A stretch of DNA of 64,000 bases from Haliotis rufescens (Eukaryota), in NCBI RefSeq assembly GCF_023055435.1, contig NW_025963846.1, forward strand, positions 5,952,001-6,016,000, written 5' to 3'. Under the pieces are notes generated by a model that searched no databases, was not told the origin of the DNA, and was given only the letters and a program-made list of their open reading frames with translations. Made by a program: the position numbers and the translations under genes. The stretch's first letter is position 1; the number at the start of each line of letters is the position of its first letter. Positions 58,562 to 64,000 of the stretch are shown piece by piece.

Positions 58562-60797
58562 GTAATGATCCGTAAAGAAGTTGTTCATCCATATTTCTTA
58601 TCCTTACTTAATACTCCAACTTCTAAATGCCTCTCAAAGAAGAAAAGACCAATGTTCAAAGACGAATAAAAATGAAACAAACAAGAAATGGTTATTTGAT
58701 TATAATGTATTAGATACAGGTACCATAGTTGGACTTTAGGCCCTAAGTTTCCAGTGTTGTGGTGATTGTTTTTTGTTCAGCCCTGTAACATTTTGATAAT
58801 GTTTGTAATGTTTTGGTCCAATCCATTTTTTCAGGTGTATACTTTCTTTTGCACGACAATTTACGTACAATTTCCTATGAATACTGAGAACATCTACCTG
58901 GCGATGTTAGTTTGATTTATCAAGTTGTGTTGAGAAACATACGTACGACAAAGATAGGGGTCATTGCCACGCGAGAAAAGTAATGTCTTCTGCGGATCTG
59001 GTGTTTGGGTGGTGGTTGAGTGGGCGTGACGTGTTTTCCAACTTTTTCAAAAAGCTGTATCCGCGATTGAATATACTATAACGTTCATATCCACAGAAAG
59101 TATAAAATGTTCTTTTATTCGACAGACAGCGTCACGTGTTATTTCGTGAGTGAGTATGGTTTTGCGCCGCTCATAGTAATATTCCGGTAATATCACGGCG
59201 GGGAGCACCAGAAATAGAAAATGTTATTTATATCGACATTGTAATTATGTGCACAAAATGTGTCATTTGTGTCAGCGGTTCCAATACAGTTCATTTTTGT
59301 CCCAAAACACACGACGTGTTGCAATCCAGACTGACACATGACTCGCCTGTGGAAACAACAACTTGTCACCGACTGTCGTCCTAATCGACTCCACACGATA
59401 AGCACGATGTGCACAGACAGAGGTGGCCGCACATCCGGTCTACAGCCCTCATATTGGACTGATAAAGTCTGTTTCGAAATGTTTGTATCGGAAGTGCTAC
59501 ACCTGTAACCTTGCAAAATCCGTTATCCCTGAGACGTTATGTTTGAACGATTTTGTTTTAAATTTCCTCACAACAGACAGGGGTAAACAAATACCATTGC
59601 CCGACGCCCGTGCCAAGTACGATTTAGAAAGTCAAGCGAGTAATATACATTGTACAATGTCTAGCATGTCCGTGGACGGGTAAGATGTGATAAGTAAATT
59701 GGGTTTAACGTCTCGTTTTTCTTAAAGAAAAGTAAATGAATGATCAGAATCCCCTCCGCCTTCATCTTTAGCGTGCCCCCGCAGAAAACCCTAAGATTGG
59801 TGCAACATGATCCGAAGTACGTTAAAAGTTGGTGATGTAATTGTAGATATCCCGACCATGTGCGCTAATAAGCAAAGAGAGGCTACTCTATAATTCAATA
59901 GCTCACTATGTTTTTGAGTAAAGTGTACACACAAGCATAATGCGTACACCTCTTTGGGATGCAGTATTTTTGGGGGAGGGGGGGATTATTTTTACAAGTA
60001 TTATGCGCTGTACAAAAAACCTACATCATATCCCTTTAGGGAATTCAGGTGAACGAACAGGTGATAACAAACTTGATCGATACAAATGTGAAATTTGCGA
60101 TTAAATATTAATAGATGTTGGATTTACCATTTAAATTGTATTTACCATTCTGTTGGGCATTGTTTTATATGCAAGCATTAAGATTACCGAGTGTATTTTC
60201 ATGTAAACTAAACCGAAAATTGCAATCAGCTGTACATATTTTCTCCTAAATCTTCCGTGATTCAATTAAAATATACCTGATGGCGTAACTTAAAAGAAGT
60301 TAGATGCAAAGATAGGAAGAAACTGTATCTGAGACTGTTATTTTATCAGGGATTCCAATATCGTGTTATTTAATAGTTGAAGCTGTTACGATCGTGAAAA
60401 CGTTGTGTTGACAACAAATATGACTTTTAACGAGTCACAATATGGCATTTATGATATATGTACCCATTCTCTGTCAACTAACCTTTGTTTCAAGACGTCA
60501 ACAGCTTTAATCTGATCGTGGTTACTATAAATAACGTTGAGCTGGCAGTAGATCTACTTCACGTTACAAACAAGCCTGGTTCTCGTTGTTGACCCGTCAG
60601 ACCTCGACGTGTATTAATCTGATTGGTTTACTAGTGTATTTGTATGCAAATTATTGCCTATCTGGGGCACTAGCAAACTATTTGCCAATCAAATATCGTA
60701 ACAACACATGATTACATTCTCGTAAAACTTGTTCCAGTTTATTTAATGTGCCATGTTTGATTCCAAATGAGCCATGAAGCTTTGACTTGTAATACAG

Positions 60798-60967
60798 TGA
60801 GTGAGTGAGTGAGTGTGGTTTTACGCCGCTTTTAGCAATATTCCAGCAATATCACGGCGGGGGACACCAGAAATGGGCTTCACACATTGTACCCATGTCG
60901 GGAATCGAACCCGGGTCTTCGGCGTGACGAGCCAACGCTTTAACCACTAGGCTACCCGACTGCCCCT
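60798..60967 (-). mobile_element. tRNA-derived SINE, family A
   Basis: Full-length copy; TSD CTTG(T/C)AATACAG. Confidence 0.92.
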
Positions 60968-62219
60968 CTTGCAATACAGCTATGTCACTATACGACAACT
61001 AGTTGTAGAGGGAACAAATAAGACAAATTACAGAAATCCATGGAGGTGAATCTCAGTTCTGAAACAGAACAGTATTACTGATTTTTTTGTAGCTTGATAT
61101 CGGTCATGTAAATTTGAAAAAGGGCAAGTTGTTGTTTTTGTAGTTTGTTGTTTAACGCAGCACTCAGCAATATTCCAGCTATATGACGGAGGACTGTAAA
61201 TAATCGAGTCTGCTTACATTAACTAGTACTACATTCCTGACAACTAATCATTGTCCAAATACAATACAAGGAACTTCTATTAAAGCTCAGAAAAACAGAA
61301 AAAAAATGTAATACAGTTACAATCATTGTTTAACAATAAAATACACTGCCATATAACAATACGTGTGTGTGAAGAACAGTGACATGTAGTTAGAACTATT
61401 CGAAATTTCTTGCATTTATAAAGAGATAAATATGGTTCAACATACATAGACAGTTCTATATGCTACATAATCTATATACTTTTTCATTGTTGTAATTTTC
61501 ACCACCATAATGTCTGTTACAACCAGAGGATTCTGTTTCAAGACTGATTAGTCTTTGGTGTGCACGTTTTATAATATATATTTGGTACTATTAAAGATTT
61601 ACCCCAATTTTGTATATATATATCCTTCAGTTTCTGTGTTTGTGACATGACACATTATGGGGGGGGGGGGGGGGTTGGTAGGATTCTACATATTGATCAT
61701 TCGACATATAGCTATATCCAACCTTAAACAATAAAACATTGTGTTACGTCTGTTACCCAATTTCTGTTTCCATGTCTGTCATTAATTAGCATCATATTAT
61801 AACCATTTCTTGGAAAATCTATTGATGGTATACCTAACAGTCTCAACCAATACGTAAGAACCTAAGTGCACTATTGTATAATTATATACAGGACATCTAA
61901 TCTAACCCATTCGCCATGTACCATGATATTGGTTTTATTAATATTTATACAAAGGCATTTCTTGCATGCAAATCGATTTACTATTTTATCTACATCAAAA
62001 TTGTATAGTATTTTTGTAATGCAAAAATGCATTCCCAAAACCTCATAAAAATTGTAACAAATTCAACATTTAGAAGGGCGGTTATTTTAGTTATAGTATC
62101 GATTCTGTCATTGCCTTTTAATAAATCAACAGAGACAGAACACATTAAGGGGGAGAAACGGAGCAGGAAGCTAATCAATAAATAATGACTAACCGGTCAG
62201 TAGGTCTCGGGTATAGAGA

Positions 62220-62482
62220 GGTATAGAATAGGTCTTCAGCAACCCATGCTTGCCGTAAAAGGCGACTACGGCGGTCTGTAAATAATCGAGTCTGGACCAG
62301 ACAATCCAGTGATTGACAACATGAGCATCGATCCACGCAATTGGGATACGATGACATGCATCAACCAAGTCAGCGAGCCTGACCACCCGACCCCTTATAG
62401 TCGCCTCTTACGACAAGCATATCCACCTTTTACGGCAAGCATGGGTAGCTGAAGACCTATTCTACCCCGGATCTTCACGGGT
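62220..62482 (-). mobile_element. family C element with inverted partial head
   Basis: Head sequence appears on + at 62220-62268 and on - at ~62395-62482. Confidence 0.7.
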
Positions 62483-64000
62483 TACACTTGGGATGTGTTA
62501 ATACTTGTATGTGTGCGCTAGTACATGCCTGTATATATTGGTAATGAGTACCGGTCGACGGACTCTCACGCCTCTCCGAGTTGCAGAGTTCTGACTTAAA
62601 CTGACCATGGCGACACGGAACGGCAATACATTTAGGAAACTGTTGTACGGTCCCGTGGCATCCCGCAGTTATAATGGTATTGCTGAACCTCTTTTGACAT
62701 CAAATATATTGAAATAGGATGTGTACCAATGTCACCAAGAATATCTAACGATCTAATAAAACACCCTGAACAACCAAACCCTTCTACATAAACAATAGTT
62801 ACATTATTCCGAATATCTGCATGAATGACAAAGGCCTATCAAAGAATATCTACATGAAGATGACTTGTGGTCGCTTCCCACGAAATGCACGTATAATTGT
62901 TGCCGGAACCTGCCACTGAAACAGGGTGCGTTCTTCCGCATATTTCACATCCTTGTGTTTTATTTTCACGAATACGCGCTTTCTCGTCTTTCTGCCTAAC
63001 ATAAATATGATAATTTTATGATCAAGAGTTTGGGAGGTATTTGAGAAGCTCGTCTTTAGTGAAATATGAGTTATGAGAATGTCCTAAACCACCTACCTCT
63101 CATATTCTCACACAACAGTGATACAAGGATTTTTTCTATCTCTGAACATTTTATGCTATTTGTACAGAGAGGACAAGACATCTGACTGTTAACATATTAT
63201 ATTATCAAGTTAATGCACCCTGACCAAGCTCACAAGTTCACATGTATTCCAACTGTGACATTTTCCATGAAACCTTTGGTTATAACCTTACAAGGATGAT
63301 GAGGGCAATTACTCGCTAAAATATTGTTAATATTTTCCTGATCGAAAATTCAATAGGGCAGTCATATTGACAAAAACCTGTTTTGGGTTAATATTTAGCC
63401 ATTTTTAGTTCAAAATGTACTGAAATGTGCACACACAATGCCATTTAGAAAGTGGTCAAATGTAACGAATTGTTATATTTGGGACAACACTTTCTTTGTA
63501 GAGATTCCAGTACTTGATTGGGTTAAGATCCTCCACAACAAAAGTGATGAAAAGGATAACAAAGCAAAAAGGTACATTTCAATATTTATTGTTTAGTATG
63601 TAGAAACAGTATGTCATTATTATCATTAGTCGACATTGATGAATTGAGACAGGGAAATAAAACTGTCCAAGGAGGAACACTGCAGTGGGTGGTTAAGTGC
63701 ATTGTGACAATGGCAAGTTACCACATGACCAGATCATACAATGATGTTGTGGATGATTGAACTGTTCAATAATTCAAAACAACAAATGCAACGTCTACAC
63801 AGGAGTAAAACTTCAAGAGAACAACTGCACCTCAGACCACAGGGCCACCCAGCGGAGTGAGTGAGTGTGCAAATAAACAGCAGTAAGAACACAGTCACAC
63901 TGTCTGGGTGTGATCACACACAAGGTCAGCCAGCCTAGAATTGAGACTTGGTTCTAATGTCACAGTGGTTCTAGTTAGTAAATTACATTGGTTGTTGGTT

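Noticed and set aside
58156-58669. ORFs in both terminal repeat regions (also 36725-37023)
   Set aside because: Translations of TIR tandem repeats.

Overview
Eukaryotic (animal) genomic DNA, most likely a mollusc and plausibly an abalone; this is inferred from a perlustrin/IGFBP-like gene and mollusc-type SINEs with (ACTC)n tails. Bases 1-36 kb are repeat-rich host sequence with many minisatellites, at least three SINE families, and LINE, Tc1 and hAT remnants. They also hold three host genes: a spliced universal stress protein (USP), a partially duplicated perlustrin/single-IGFBP-domain gene and an intronless MGAT2-like glycosyltransferase. The main feature is an apparently complete 21.8-kb Polinton/Maverick endogenous virus at 36765-58561. 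It has 5'-AGTAG...CTACT-3' ends, 89-bp perfect terminal inverted repeats and a perfect 6-bp target-site duplication (GTAATG). Its core genes are all open: pPolB, packaging ATPase, adenain-type protease, major and minor capsid proteins, and RVE integrase with a chromodomain. Its accessory cargo is unusual: a NADAR (YbiA-like) hydrolase, a single-BIR IAP, a spliced PC4-like ssDNA-binding protein, a pair of Cys/His-motif paralogs, and a multi-exon type I membrane glycoprotein gene whose exon phases allow two alternative C-termini. All protein calls come from motif recognition by eye; no searches were run.
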